A stretch of 64,000 bases of DNA, from contig CAJINV010000012.1 in the NCBI GenBank assembly GCA_905178155.1, positions 615,271 to 679,270 of the forward strand. Reading direction: 5' to 3'. Source of the DNA: Amoebophrya sp. A120. Its lineage: Eukaryota; Protista; Dinoflagellata. Under the pieces are notes generated by a model. That model saw nothing but the letters and a program-made list of their open reading frames with translations, was not told where the DNA came from and did not search any database. Each line of letters opens with the position of its first letter. The first letter of the stretch is position 1. The translations under genes and the position numbers were made by a program. Shown here piece by piece: positions 13,151 to 26,500 of this stretch.

Positions 13151-13515
13151 CTACGCGCCGGTGTTCATAATCAATGTGATGTTGTCCCCTTTCAGCAGGA
13201 TCTTCCCGACACTCCTGCGGCTCTGCTTCTTCACGTAGAACTCCTCTGCCTCGTCAAGCACGACATTCATGTACTCGTCGAATCCTGTTGTAAAAAAATC
13301 GTGTATTATTTCTCATGCGAGAGAACAAATAGAGCCAAGAACTGTCATGCATAGAACCAAAATATACATCCTATACCGACGATTTTCCCCTCCAATCGCA
13401 TGTCGGTTTGGTCGTACAGCCAAATCTGCACTTTATCCTTGTTCCTCAGATGTGTGAAGATCTGATTGATGGGCAGAGTCATCATCTTCTGCAACTTCTT
13501 GTTGGAGATCGCCAT
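13151..13515 (-). CDS. SNRPE: small nuclear ribonucleoprotein E (SmE), two exons
   Basis: Spliced translation [47 protein letters not shown]|[43 protein letters not shown] is a typical SmE. GT-AG intron at 13285-13376. Confidence 0.95.
13285..13376 (-). other. canonical GT-AG intron (SmE)
   Basis: g|GTATAG...AACAG|ga restores GFDEYMN. Confidence 0.92.
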
Positions 13516-14558
13516 TTTGTCGGTTTTTTTCTTGGAAAACTTTTACAACGGGGAGAAAGTAGTAAAAAAGGAAAAGCGAATCTTCTGTGAGTCGCTCGAG
13601 TATAATTTTTCCTGAAGATGAAAGGAGCTGCTAGTCTGTCGCACTACAGAACACCTTAATTGATTCTCTCGGTTCTTACAAAGGGCTAGAGAGAATTCTT
13701 CTAGACTGGAAAAAATTGTGATACTACACTAGTAGAGATAATTTTCCATACAGGATGAAACTCTGAAAACACAGCCACCCTGTTGTTGTTTGAATTAATT
13801 TATTGACTTGGACCAGTAAAGCTGACCACGACTTCGTGTCGTTTGGTGTGCGTGGTGTGAGCTTCTTTGATTCTTGATCTTGTGTATGATGAGAAGCCGT
13901 GTAATAATACCTATACTTTTTCATGAGAGAAACGCCTCAGGATCATGGAATAATTTCTGGAAATAAATTCTGATCCGAGAAAACATTCCGGTCTTCGCTT
14001 TGGAACAGGCAGAAATATATTTGCAATCACGCTACCAAATTGGAGGATCGAAACCACTTCAGGAACGTCATGAGTTGGCGAGTCTCATGATCTCTTTTTT
14101 GAAGATGTACACAGGCACTAGAAGACCGGGAGAGAAATATCAACTGAGACCAAGGCCAAACCTACGTCGACCGGTGTACTAACTACACCGCGATGCTATG
14201 TTTTTGTCGCATGAATCATCTTCAGAGAAGAACACTATATGGAAAGCACGACCACAACTGTCCAATTCCAATCTAGCCCTTATTTGCTCGCATACACGAC
14301 CTAATCATCTGCAAACATCATTACGTTCAAGGGGCTATTTAGGACTTGAGCAGATGAAACTCTTCCGAATGAGAAAGAGAAATCCTAAACCATGTTGGGT
14401 TTCTTTTCCTTCTCGAATTTTCTTTCAGCAATTATCGTAGCCGCCCTTGTTCATCAACGAAGAGTTATCACCTAACTGCAAGAAAATGAAGATTCACAGC
14501 TAGTACGAGGAAGCAAGTTGTAATCGTACTACAGATCAACTACAACTTGACCGCCGTC

Positions 14559-17500
14559 TTACTGCCAAGCCACGATTCTGGCGACGATGGGACTTCGCTC
14601 CAGGGGGCCGACTTCTCGGCGACAGTCTTCACCCGGCCCAGCACGACGAGCTTCTTGTTCCCGGTGATAGTACGCGTCATCGGCCACGGACAAAAACCCG
14701 AGATTGCTCGATGGGCTGTACCACACCGCCGGGTCCTGGTTGACGGACTCAGTGTCCGCCTGAGGTCCCGAGATATTTCGTCCTTGTTGCACCTGATCAT
14801 TACCGTGCTGAGTCGAGTACGAGTTGTTGTTCACCATGGTCGTGTTAAAGTTGCTGCTGTTCTGCCTCGTCCCGCCAGAAAAAGCTCCTTTCGCACTACT
14901 ACTACAAATGAACTGGTTATCATCCTCGTGCCCGAGCAACAATTTCGACAACTTTTTCGGAGTCGTGTACTTCCAATTGTAGGTGATTTGAAACAGCGAA
15001 AACTGCTTCTCGTTCCTTTCCGCCACCCGGTTCTGGAAAAAGTCCCGAATCGTGGCGAGCTGCGATAACGCTCCTTCTTGCTCTTGTTGATTCTCCTGCT
15101 TTTCATGCTCCTGCGCTAAAAGCCTCGACTCCGTAAAAGTTGTAGATTCATCCTTTCTATCCGCGTAGAGTTTTTCTTGCAGCGATCTTCTGCAACTCGT
15201 CCTCCTGCTACTCTCGCGACGTTGTAATTGGTCATAGCGGGGGTCGTTTCCCCTGCGACGTGTCCCGCCCCCGCCTGTGGCTGATGCACAGCGACCACTT
15301 CGCACGCTTGTACTGCCACGACTTCTCGTCGACGTCTCCGTGGAAAAATGTCTACGCGGCCTTCGGATAGCGGATCGGGACCTGCTCGTCCTGAAGATGT
15401 TGTCATCTTCTTCCGCAAGAACATCATCTTCACGTAGTAGCCCTCCCCGACGTTTTTCATGATCGTCCTGGTCTAGTACAACTTTGTTCAGAGAAAGAAG
15501 ACTATCGTCAGATACAGACTGCCCGAAGAGGAGGAAGAAAACCTGGAAGGAAGAGTTTGCTCCACGATTTATTGTCTGGCTGTTTTGATGTGATTTTTCT
15601 TCGTCGTCTTGGTGTTGTGTCGCTTGATGTTTTGCATCAGAATATTTGTCGTCCCTCAATGCATTTTCTCCGTTCATCAGCACATTTTTCGTTGTCGTCT
15701 TCGCTGGGAAACCGTACATGTGCAGGCGCGGCTTCGTGAAACTCTCGAGCAGGGACCGCAATTTTCGAGGAAGGTGCTTGTTGGAGGATTTTGGTTTATT
15801 TGTACAATTGTCGGAGGACGTGGACGAGGACGAGCTGCTGTTCTCGTCGTTCCCAGCTGTAGTTGGGTCCTCCCCGGCGTTTATTTTCATCCGTTCATAT
15901 CCTCGTTTTGCTTCTCCGACTCCCGAAGAAGCAGCTGCCACACCATCGTATTCGGATTCCGCAAGGAGAAAATGGGGATGTTGGGATTTATGTTGCAATT
16001 TCTTCCTTAGCTGAATCTTCGCCGTCAATTGAGCTGCACGACTTCTGATTCTGTCGTTGGTTAGATGTTGAACATTGTCTCCATCTGCTTCGCTCGACCT
16101 TTTTAGCAGGGAAAAATTGGTTCTTATTGCCGTGCTTCGGGACCTAAGCTGCAGGAGATCTTCTTTATCATTCCGGCGAGTTCGAGATTCAGCATAATTA
16201 CAGGTAGTCGTGCTCATTCTTGGCGTGGTCCCTCCGCTTGACGTCCGTCCGCGGGGAATCAGCAACGATTCCGGAGATGCAGGGATAGACCACACGAGAC
16301 CTCCAGGTTCGCTTTCTTGCATGACTACAGATTTGCTGTCCATCTCTTGATGGTAGTTTGGGTTGTCCACGACGAGTTTGGGGTTGCTCGTCGAATGTTG
16401 AGAATTACCGAAGTCGAAGTCTGCATTTTTGTCATTTTTTGTTCCCGGCGCCAGCATGTCGTATTGTCGCATCACCTTTTCGAACCGCGGATGACAAGCC
16501 TGAATGTAGCGCGGGTCGGGTTTGTAGGTCAGCAAAGGCCGGACCTCTTGCATGATCAGTGGCTTATTCATTTCGATGCCGTGGTCCAACAGACTTGTCG
16601 TAACATCCGAGTAGTTCCTGCCTCTGCAGCGGTTTTCGCCTCGGTCTGGTACTTTAGAACAACTCGTAGGCCTAGAGTAAGACAGCTCTTTGTTTGTGCT
16701 GTCTACTTCTTCAAGCTGCGGGGGCGATGGTGCGAGCGTGTTCATCTTGTCCGACTCACTGTCGGAAGATGTCGTCCAGGTGGAAAAGCTGTCCTTTTTC
16801 TTTCTTCCACAAGTGCCATTAGAACAAGCGGGGCTCGAGCCCTTCAGCACGTTCACTTCGATCGCTGCGTTTTTCGGCAGCCCGGGGACGAACTGAATCA
16901 AAACGGTTGGCAGGTTGTCGATGGTTGCAAGGGGTTCGTTCAAGATTTTCTTGTTCATCTCAGCAGGAGAAGTTGTAGCCGTGTAGTCGCCGTCGCCTGT
17001 CATAGAAGATGAGTTGTCTCTTGTCCTCGCAGTACAACAACTTGTACCATCTGCGTTCTTATCAAATGTAAAAATGTCTGGGTCTGGAAGATTGCAACCT
17101 GTCATGCTAAATCTGCAGCATGCAAAAATCTGTGTTGCATGATTACCAAAAGTCGTCCAGTTTTGACCAAGTCGGGAGGGAGTTTCTCATGCAGGATAGG
17201 CATTAGAAAGGTCTCGCTGAATCTGTCATGCTAGGTCCTGCATTCCAGACCTCATGGGTCATGGAAAAGCAGCATGACAAATCGCGCATTCTTCCAGACC
17301 CATACATTTTTACATTTGATAGTTCTCATCGCAGAACGCAGCGAAGTCGGAAAAATCTACTTTCCGGCGGCCATTATGATTGTTCCCACCGTGCTGTTCC
17401 TTCGTCCAATTTCCATTACCGCCTTGTTGATGCAACAACATCTCGTCCTGTTGATCTACTTGATGCAGGTCCTCGGTGGGCTGTGCGGCCAGCCACATTT

Positions 17501-20500
17501 CTCGGTACTTCCAGTAATCGTCCATACCGAGATCTGTCACTTTATTTTCCTCCCTCTTCTCCTGCTTCAAATACGTCGCGAAAAATGCCAGCACCATGCG
17601 CTCGATTAACGGAAAGATGAACGCCTGGAGTTCCTCGGCCTCTGGGGAAAGGTATTTATTCTTCATATTGTTCCGAGATGTTGGTGATGGTGAATTCGGC
17701 GACGTAGTAGAGGGAGCACCAGGGGAAGAACTTGCAGCGGAAAACACGCTGCTGGTGGTACTCCTTTGGAGCTGCTGCTGCTGGTGCTGCGATTTTTGCG
17801 AAGAACCGACTCCGCCACAATTCATGTCGAAACCATGATTGGCATTTCCACCGCCACTCGCCTGTGACAGTTCATGCACATCCGCCTGAAAGATCTCCTC
17901 GGAGACGAAAACGTTGACAATGTCCACGGTTTCTATCTTATGCGTGTCCTGTTTCATGATCTGAAACAAGGAGTACATCGCGTAAGCCAATTCCTGGAAC
18001 CACGAGCAATTCTCCGGCTGGTAATAGGGGCTGCAACCTGGAAACGATGTCGATTCCGAGTTCTGTTTTTGGAGGATTTTCGTGAGCTTCTTCTTCTTGG
18101 CGGAATCATACCCCTTGATGGACTTCCGTTTGGCAGCTTTTGTAGTCCCGCTGGTGTACACTGAAGTAGGCGCTGTTTCGCTATTATTTATGTTCCTCGC
18201 GGAGTCCTCTTTGTCTTCTTCTTCGGAATCGGTCCCGTCTTCATCGTCTGTCTCGGAGAAATTCTTACCTTGTACCGCACTGCAACTCGTTGATGATCGC
18301 TTCTGGCCCACGACCTCGGAGGTTTCATCAGTAGACGCAGCCTGATCATCTTCGTCCGTCTTGACATGATTCCGGTTGTAGTTGGGCCGGTTACGCTCCT
18401 CTGTAGCTGTTTTTTTCGCGGTTTCTTCCTCGTCCTCTGTTGAAGAAGCACACGCTGTCTCACATGTTGATGAATCCCCCACAACACTTGTCCCAACAGC
18501 CAGCACAGCTTCGCTGCTCGAAGTGGTCGTACCGTCTTTACTCGGACTGTTTCCGGCGGTGCTGTCGTCAGTTCCTGTGGAGGGCGTGAGTTCTAACGTC
18601 GAAGAAGAAGAAGTGGGCGCTTTCTTTCCCTCTCCACTCGCAAGAACTTCTTGCAGCTGGTTCTTCTTCTCTACTTCGGAGGTACAACTACTACCTGTGC
18701 TGCTAGTGGGACTACAACTAGATGAGGCGCTACTAGGAGTACACAGCTCGTCCTGCAGTTGTATTAACTCCTTCTGGGCCCGCCCCACCTCCTCCACGAC
18801 ACCAGCTGCGCCACGATCTTCTGCGTTATTTTTTCTTTTCGTTTTCCCCACACCTCGACCAGCACGGAAAATAAAATCCTTGATCATCCTTTCCGCTTCG
18901 GGAACCACAAATCTGTCATGCCATCGCGGGAACTCCATCAGATGCGGCACTAAACCCAACACGCCCGCAGAGAAAAAGTACTGGGTATGATTTTTCTCTA
19001 ATTCCTCCTTCTCACCATCCCACAACGCCGACTTGGTCTGGCTCGCCTGCCCATACGGACCGATGCACGCCATTGCCCAGGAAGAGATGGATTGCACGTG
19101 GGTCACGACCACTTTCGTTTGCTGCTGATCTGGGATTATTTTCATAGCGCGACCCCGGGCGCTCTTGTTTGTTGTTTCTGCTGTGGCTTTATTGTTTTGT
19201 GAGCTGTTGATGTTGTTGTTTTGGAGGAAGGTGGAGGGTCCTTTATCTTCGTAAACCTCGTGAAACTTGTATCCTATGTAAAAACGTACCCACCCCAGAG
19301 TTGTCATGCAATTCTGCATGCCAAAAAAGTTTCTCACGCGGAGCCCTATTAGAAGCATTTTCTATTCGTGTTTTGCAATTTGTGATGCTAGAATCAGCAT
19401 GGTAGGCTAGATCTGTAATGCTTCTGAGCTAGCGAAACAGGATTACACTACGAGGACAAACTTGTCATGCCAAACAACCAAAGCTGTGTGATTTGTCTAG
19501 CAGATTTGCCAACTTGACTCTGGTGTGGGTACGTTTTTACTCAGGATAACTTGAAAATCGTGTTCTCGTCGTCGTGTCGTGGGCCGATTTCGTCTTGGGC
19601 TGAAATTGATATGCATTGCAAAAGCATCATACTAGTACAAATTGCATTACAAATTTTGTCAGAAAGAAAAAAAGAATTTGTAATGCTAATTCAGGTAAAA
19701 AGGTAGGTTTGTCATGCAAGATTGCAATTAGAAGTACGAGTACGATACTTTTGCACAGGATAATTGAAATTCTAGTACAACGACCTTGACTAGCACGAGG
19801 AGCAGAAGAAGTTGACTCATCTGCCAGGAGTGTGGTCGCGCCCCCGACACCCAGTTGTACTGTTGATTTTTCGCATGAAGGAGAAGGGTGACAACTAGTT
19901 TTTTTTGTGTCTACTTCCTTCTCGTGGGTTGGTTCATCTTCTTCAGACGACTCATCTTCAGAAGGAGTTAACCGGTTCTCAACGCTAAGGACAGCAGCAT
20001 CGCCGTTTTGTCTTCCTTCGTCTCGTCCTCGTCCTGCTTCTGCTTCGACGTCTTGCAAGGCTTCTCGATCACCTACTGCTAGGGAAGTCGTAGTAGCTGC
20101 ATGATCAACACGTGCACAATCGGTGGTAGATCTTGATGGTCCGGTGCTAGCACCACTACCACCGACAATCTTATCATCTACTTCTTGTTCCAAGGAGTTA
20201 CTCGTCCCAGCAGGAAGTGCTGGAGCCTCCCCAGGCCAGCCGGTGATGGTCGTAGTAGAGAAACTATTTTTGCCTGCTGCCATGCCCGAAAAAGTAGAGG
20301 ACACCGGTGCAGATGAACTGCTACTACAGAATCCTCCCAAGAACATCCCCGATGATGATCCCATGGACCTCAGATTCCAGTCCGTTTCTGCCGAGGAATG
20401 CGTCACACAGCCGAAAAACCGCAGTCTCACTCGCACCCCCGCCGGCAGGTCCGCCTCGACACAGACCCGGGCCGGGGGCCCGCGCCCGGCGGAATTGTTG

Positions 20501-23500
20501 TTCGAATTGACAATGTTGAGAGGGAGGAATTTCTGGCTGTACATATCCTGAGCAAAAACGTCCCCACACCAGAGCCACGTTGGTAAATCTGCAACACAGA
20601 TCTCCAAGTTTTGGAAATTGTGCATGACAAGTTTCCATCTGCAGTGCAGTGCTTGTTAGCACGGGGAGCCGCATGAGAAGGCCAGTTTCTGATCGTGCTT
20701 ACAGCGTGACAAATACCAAAACACGACTGGAAATGCCTCTCATGGAGATGCGCATTACAAATGTTCCCGCCATTGCACATTTGCATGACAACTCTGGGGT
20801 GGAGACGTTTGTGCTGAGGATAGTACAGCTTGTTCACCAAGGCGAAATCCTCACTCACGTCCTGCAAAAGGATATCCTGTGCAAAAGTATCGCACTCGTA
20901 TTGCAATCATGCATTGCAAATCTTTTTGTTAAGTCAAATCCGCATTACAAATTTTATTTCTCATTCTGAGGAAATTTGTAATGCATTTTTACGAGTACGA
21001 TACTTTTGCAGTGCATAAAGGAGTTCCACAAACAAGATTCTCCCCTTCTGCATCTTCCCGCACGAGGGGAGAAATTCGTGCTCCTTCAGCCACTGATTCG
21101 CAAACTCGAAAACCAACTCCGCTTGGATTTCGTATCAAATTCAAATATGTCTGGGTCTGGAAGATTGCAATATTTGTCATGCTAGTCTGGCATGACTCTG
21201 CACTCTGTATTGCGTGATGCCATCGGAACAGCATCTCTCGCCTGTCATGCAAAAACGCAGATTCTCATGCGGGATACGCAGCACAGAAGCGTGAAAAGAC
21301 GCGTCGTGCTTGGCTGCGCCTGCGCATTGCAGTTCACTTTATTGTTCACTGACTTGCATCACAAGTTTCCAGCACACCCAGACATGTTTGCAATGCATAT
21401 CTCCGTGGATTTCTCGATTGTTGACCGGTGCTCGTCGAGAAATTGCTGCTGGTTTGCTTTTATCCTGTGCAAAAGTATCGTACTCGTACTAATTGCATTT
21501 ATGCATCACAAATCTCTTTCTCAAAGCAAATCAGCATTACAAATTCAATTTGTAATGCTGGGCCAATTTGTAATGCAATTTATACTAGTACGATGCTTTT
21601 GCATTGCATAGCTTTTTTGTTATGTAGTTCGGATGTAGAAGATGAATTTCTGTTGCTGCTGGTTGTTTTCGTTTTGTCAAGTAGAACTACGTCGGGATCA
21701 TTTCTGCAGGAGCTGGAGCTGCTGTTGTCCTCTTTATTACTTCGGTTCTTGTTTATGTTTTTCCCACCTGCAGAAGATGAGAAGATTTTGTCGCAACTCT
21801 TCGGCAGAATCGTGTCGATGTCTAAATCGTGGGGGAAAAACCACAAATTCTGCTTGATTACGGGCTCCTTGTCCAGGAAACAGCTACCCAGCGCTTCTTT
21901 CGTCTCCTCGTCGTCCTCCTCCGCGGCAGCTTCAAAATAAGTGTACGTGGGCGCCCAGTACATTCTACCTAAGTTCAAATCTGGACTGCCCGACCGGCCG
22001 CGAATCTGGATGCAGTTGTTCTTGTTGGCATGATTATTGTTCATCAACCAGCACGTTGTGTTGGTTGTCCGGGTGGTGGTTGGGGTTTTGGTCCCTGAAT
22101 CGATTCTTTCAACATCGCAAGAGGATGTGGAGCTGCCGAAATTATAACTGGCGGACGCGGACGGCGACGAGAGGTCGTGGACCTTTTTCTTGCTGTCGGT
22201 ATTTATTCTGTAGTTGGTTTGTGCATTGCTGGAGATTTCATTGTCCTCCTGTGCTTGTTGTGGTTGTGCTGCATTTGCTGCAGACGCAGATGTTGTTCCA
22301 GCAAGAATTTTTACCCCGGGCATTTTTTCTCCGCGTGCAAAAAGCTGCTGCGGCTGGTGATGAACCTCCTGCTCCGCGGCGTCGTCCTGCTTGTGTCCTT
22401 GCTGTAGTTGTGGTCCACACTCTTCTTTAGCACCACGGCACTGCTCGTCCTGCTGCACAACCACGCCACCAAGAACTACTCCTCCTGCTTCGTTATACAA
22501 CCGTTCTTGATCTTGTTCCGCCGTCGGAGCAGTAGATCGAGCGAATGTAAAGTGCTGACCAGGTGGATGCCCTTTCTTTTCGCAAGGTGCTGGTCCTCCA
22601 CCCTCGTCTAGCCCCGCGAGAACAAGTTCCTCACAACTGCCGCCACTCGCAAACAGGTTGTCCAGATCGGTGGAGTTGGAACAGGCGAAGATGTGGCTCG
22701 GGTACGAAAAGTTCGGGGAAGAAACGCTGCTTTTTCCGGTGGCCGGAAGCTGAACTAGAGCCGGATTTTTTATATCAACGGTTGCACTTGCAGTTGTGTT
22801 GTAATGCGTCCGCGCGTTGCGCTCATCGGTGACAGCAACATTCTCTGCGTCAAAACTCTTTTTCGCAGCGACATGCGCCGCACAGAGTCCACCTTGTTCC
22901 TGAGGTAGTTTTGGATCATTTAGATTTATGTCGCCTTGGATCATCATTTCAGATGATGAGGTTCTGCTTCCTCGTCCCGTGCAGGAGGAGCTAGTGGGGC
23001 CGCTCCTGAGGACCTCAGACCCTGCAGATGACGCAATTGCACCTCCATCCTCGCCCCCGAAACGGGGAGTTCGGTCTTCTTCTTGCTGCTCTTCCTCCTC
23101 GCCGAAACGCAAACAGGGAGTTCGGTCTTCTTCTTGCTGCTCTTCCTCCTGCTCTCCAAATCTCCCGGATGTTGAGGGTGGTCCGGTTATAGAGGGGATG
23201 CTAGGCTTCCGTGCAGCTGTTGTTGTACCTGAAGCAGGTGGACCAGCATCACGGTGAAACAGGCCAGAGCCACCAAATGGAGCTACTGCTTGTTCTACAT
23301 CTACACCGGTAGTTGTACTAGAACTAGGATCATAATTTATCGAATTTGATAAACTACTACTGCACGATGAACTGCTCGTCTGGATGTTGCTTGTTCCATC
23401 CGTACCACCACACGGCGCGGCGGGGGCGCGTCTGGCTTTATCGTTTTCATCTTCTGCGACTAAGGAAAAGCACAAAGAAGTGTTATCCGCATCTCCACCG

Positions 23501-26500
23501 ACCACTGCCCCTGCGCCCCCTCGTCCCGGAGGTGGTCCACCTCGGTTGTAGTGACCATGTAGCTGCTGCTGCCTCGAGTTCTTCGTGAATGTCGATGTCC
23601 TCGCTCTGTTTATTATCCGGTGTCGATCATGTGCAGCGGCAGCGGCAGCCTTTCGTACCTCCATCATCTCCAGAAAAAGCAGCTCTTGCTTCTCCCTCTC
23701 CGCCTTTGCCTTCTCGATGTCTGCGTGATTCTTTTCCAGTAGCACTTGCAACATTTCCGGAAACGAATCCAGTCGGAAGTTCGATTCGAAAAACTTTTTA
23801 TACCAGGACCGGTTCGCCAGCGCCTGCGAAATTTTCGTCGGCGGGGACGGTTCTTTTTGGTTGTAAATCAGGTCCTCGTAGCCGAAGAGTTGTTGTTGAT
23901 GTTGTACATCGGTAGTGTCATGCTCTGGTGGTCCTCGGTTGTTGTAGGAGGTCTGGTTATTATAGTCATAGACTGGGAAGAAACAAGCCGCGTTTTTGTA
24001 GAAATCGTAGTGGTCGTCAACTCCAGACGGTGGACCACAAGTTGAGCTTCTCGTCCCCAGACGACCAGGTTGTAAAAACGAGTAACAATCGTAGCTGTCA
24101 ACATCGTCGCGGCCGTAGCCCCCGTTATAGAAGTTGTTGCACGGGCGGCTGCTCCAGTTGTCGTCCAAGCTGTTAAAAACCTCCGCCGCCGCCCGCCGCA
24201 GCTCCTCCTCGGCCTTCTCGCGCTCCCTTTGTGCTTTTTCCACAATGTATAAGAGTGCACAACTACTCCCCCTCCCTGTCATTTGGATAGCATTCACAGC
24301 AACACAAGCTCTGGCAAATATGCAGCTTCTGCATGACAAATTGACGGCCGATAATTCTAGTGCTGTTTTGGCTTCCAGAGCTTGTCATGCAAACAGTGCT
24401 AAGGGGTAACGGGTAGACTTGGCATTTTGCATGACAAATAAAGAGGGGGAGGGGGAGTTGTGCACCCTCATACAATGTCGAGGCTATCTTCTTCCTCGTC
24501 GTAGACGTCCCGCCAGTCGATCGGCTGGTTGTCGTGCTCCTGGTCGGAGCAATAACTTGTAGGAGCTCCTCCAGGAGGGTTATTGTTGTTGGCGTACAAG
24601 TTCTCATCGAGTTGGTGATGCCCAGGTTCTCCTTCATCGTGGTCGTGCGGATTATAGATGTATAATTCATCTTGTTCGCGACCGCGACCCCGGTTGCAGC
24701 TGTGCCGACTGTTGATGTTCTCCTGATTCTCCAGTGCGTGGTCCCTTTCTTCTTTTCTTTCCTGTTCTCGACAGAACAGGAAGGAACTGTCATCGTTTTC
24801 TTTGTCGCGGCGGCCAGTTGTTACTTTCGTCACCTTGTTCTTCTGCTCATTAAACAGGCCCTCGCAGCTGTCTCGTGCTTGCTTCATCGTGTAGTTGATT
24901 GCTGTGTCATCTTCTTCATCCGACGAGGAACTACTCGAACTACAAGACCACACGAAGCCACGACTATCTTCGCAGTTGTGGCCCATCGAGTTTCTACTCT
25001 CCCGCGGCTGCAGTTCGGCTGGTGGTCTTTGTCTTTCCCGACCTGCATTATAGGAGGTGTGAGGGCTACTTCCACGAACGACCGGCGCAGCGGCACCTCC
25101 TCCGCCGATAAAAATCCCATTCATGTCCAAGTCGTTCATCTTGGCGATGCACAGCAAAAGCTTCGGAATCTCCCTCTCCAGCGCTTCGTTTTCGTCCAGG
25201 ATATGGATTGCAAAAGTGTCTGGGTCTGGAAGAATGCCAGATTTGTAGTCATGCAGGTTTTCCATGATTCATGAGGTCTGGTATGAAGGACATAGCATGA
25301 CAGATTCTGTGAGACGAGTTCTATCATGCCTATCCGGCATGAGAAACTGCCTCTCGATCAGGTCAAAAGTAGACAGCTTTTGGTAATCATGCAACACAGA
25401 TTTTTCCATGATTCAGATTTAGCATGACAAGTTGCTTTGTTCCAGACCCAGACATTTTTAAGTTTGATACAGGAGCTTCTTCTGCTCCGCGACCAGCTCC
25501 GACAAGAAGGAACCATCGCCGTCCCCATTTGCATTACAAGTGGGTGATGTTTCGACGACACCTGAATCGCCATCTGCACTAGCGGATGAAGATTCTTCGC
25601 TCTTTGGCCCGCAAGCAGAACCTGGCGCAGAATTACTGCGTGGGTCTGAAGAGCCAGCTGTTGAACCAGAGCCAGTCGCGCTCCTGCTCCCGCCTTGTAG
25701 CTCTACGCCAAGTTGACCCGTTCGTCCCGTTACAGAAGAGCTTGCCAACTCATTTGCGATCTGGTTCTGTAGGGTCTTCAACACTCTTCTATTCCTCCGC
25801 TGCTTGCGCTTCAGGTCGGCGAGATTCCGCTCCAGAGTGTAGCCCTCATCTGCACAGGGATAGGCGGGGCCGGGGGCGATTCTATTTACTGTTGCTGCTG
25901 TGTCATTCAGATGGTCGTCGTCTTCTTCCTCCTCATCGCTGACATCGCGTTCGGACGGTCTGGGGGTCGGCCGTCTTGCAAAGCTGCGAGAGGTGGTGGT
26001 TTTTTTTTTCCTGTCTATTTCATCCACCACCGGCTTTTTCCAGCTAAACGTTGGCTGTGCAGCTGCAGTCCAGTTTTGTACTGTCTTTGGTGCGGTTGCA
26101 GTAGGAGCGGCAGTAGCTTCAAGATGACGCATCTTGCTGTTGCTGTTTCTCGTCGCAGCTGCGTTCGTTCCAGTTCCAGCATCTGCCTGCTTGTCAGGAG
26201 TACTTTCGCGTAGTTGCTCATCATCCTCTCGACGCTGCACCTTCCGGAAGATGTCGCCAAATTGGAAGTTGTCGTGCTGCTGGTCGTCCGGATCATCAGT
26301 GTGAGAAACGCTTGTTTTTGCTGGTCTATTATCATCAACATCTTCTCGCTTCATCAAATGGTGAAAGTCCATCACACTGGCGGACCTGGGCCGCGCAGAA
26401 GAGTTGCTCGTGGCGGTGTTGGCAGGGTCGTGTAAAGGAGATTCCTTCGCTCTTGGGGAGGACCATGACTCGTCCTCCTTCTGCTCCTCGTCGTCGCCGG

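Noticed and set aside
23066-23150. Duplicated GGAGTTCGGTCTTCTTCTTGCTGCTCTTCCTCCT
   Set aside because: It is an in-frame tandem duplication (EEEQQEEDRTP x2) in a low-complexity coding insert, not a separate element.
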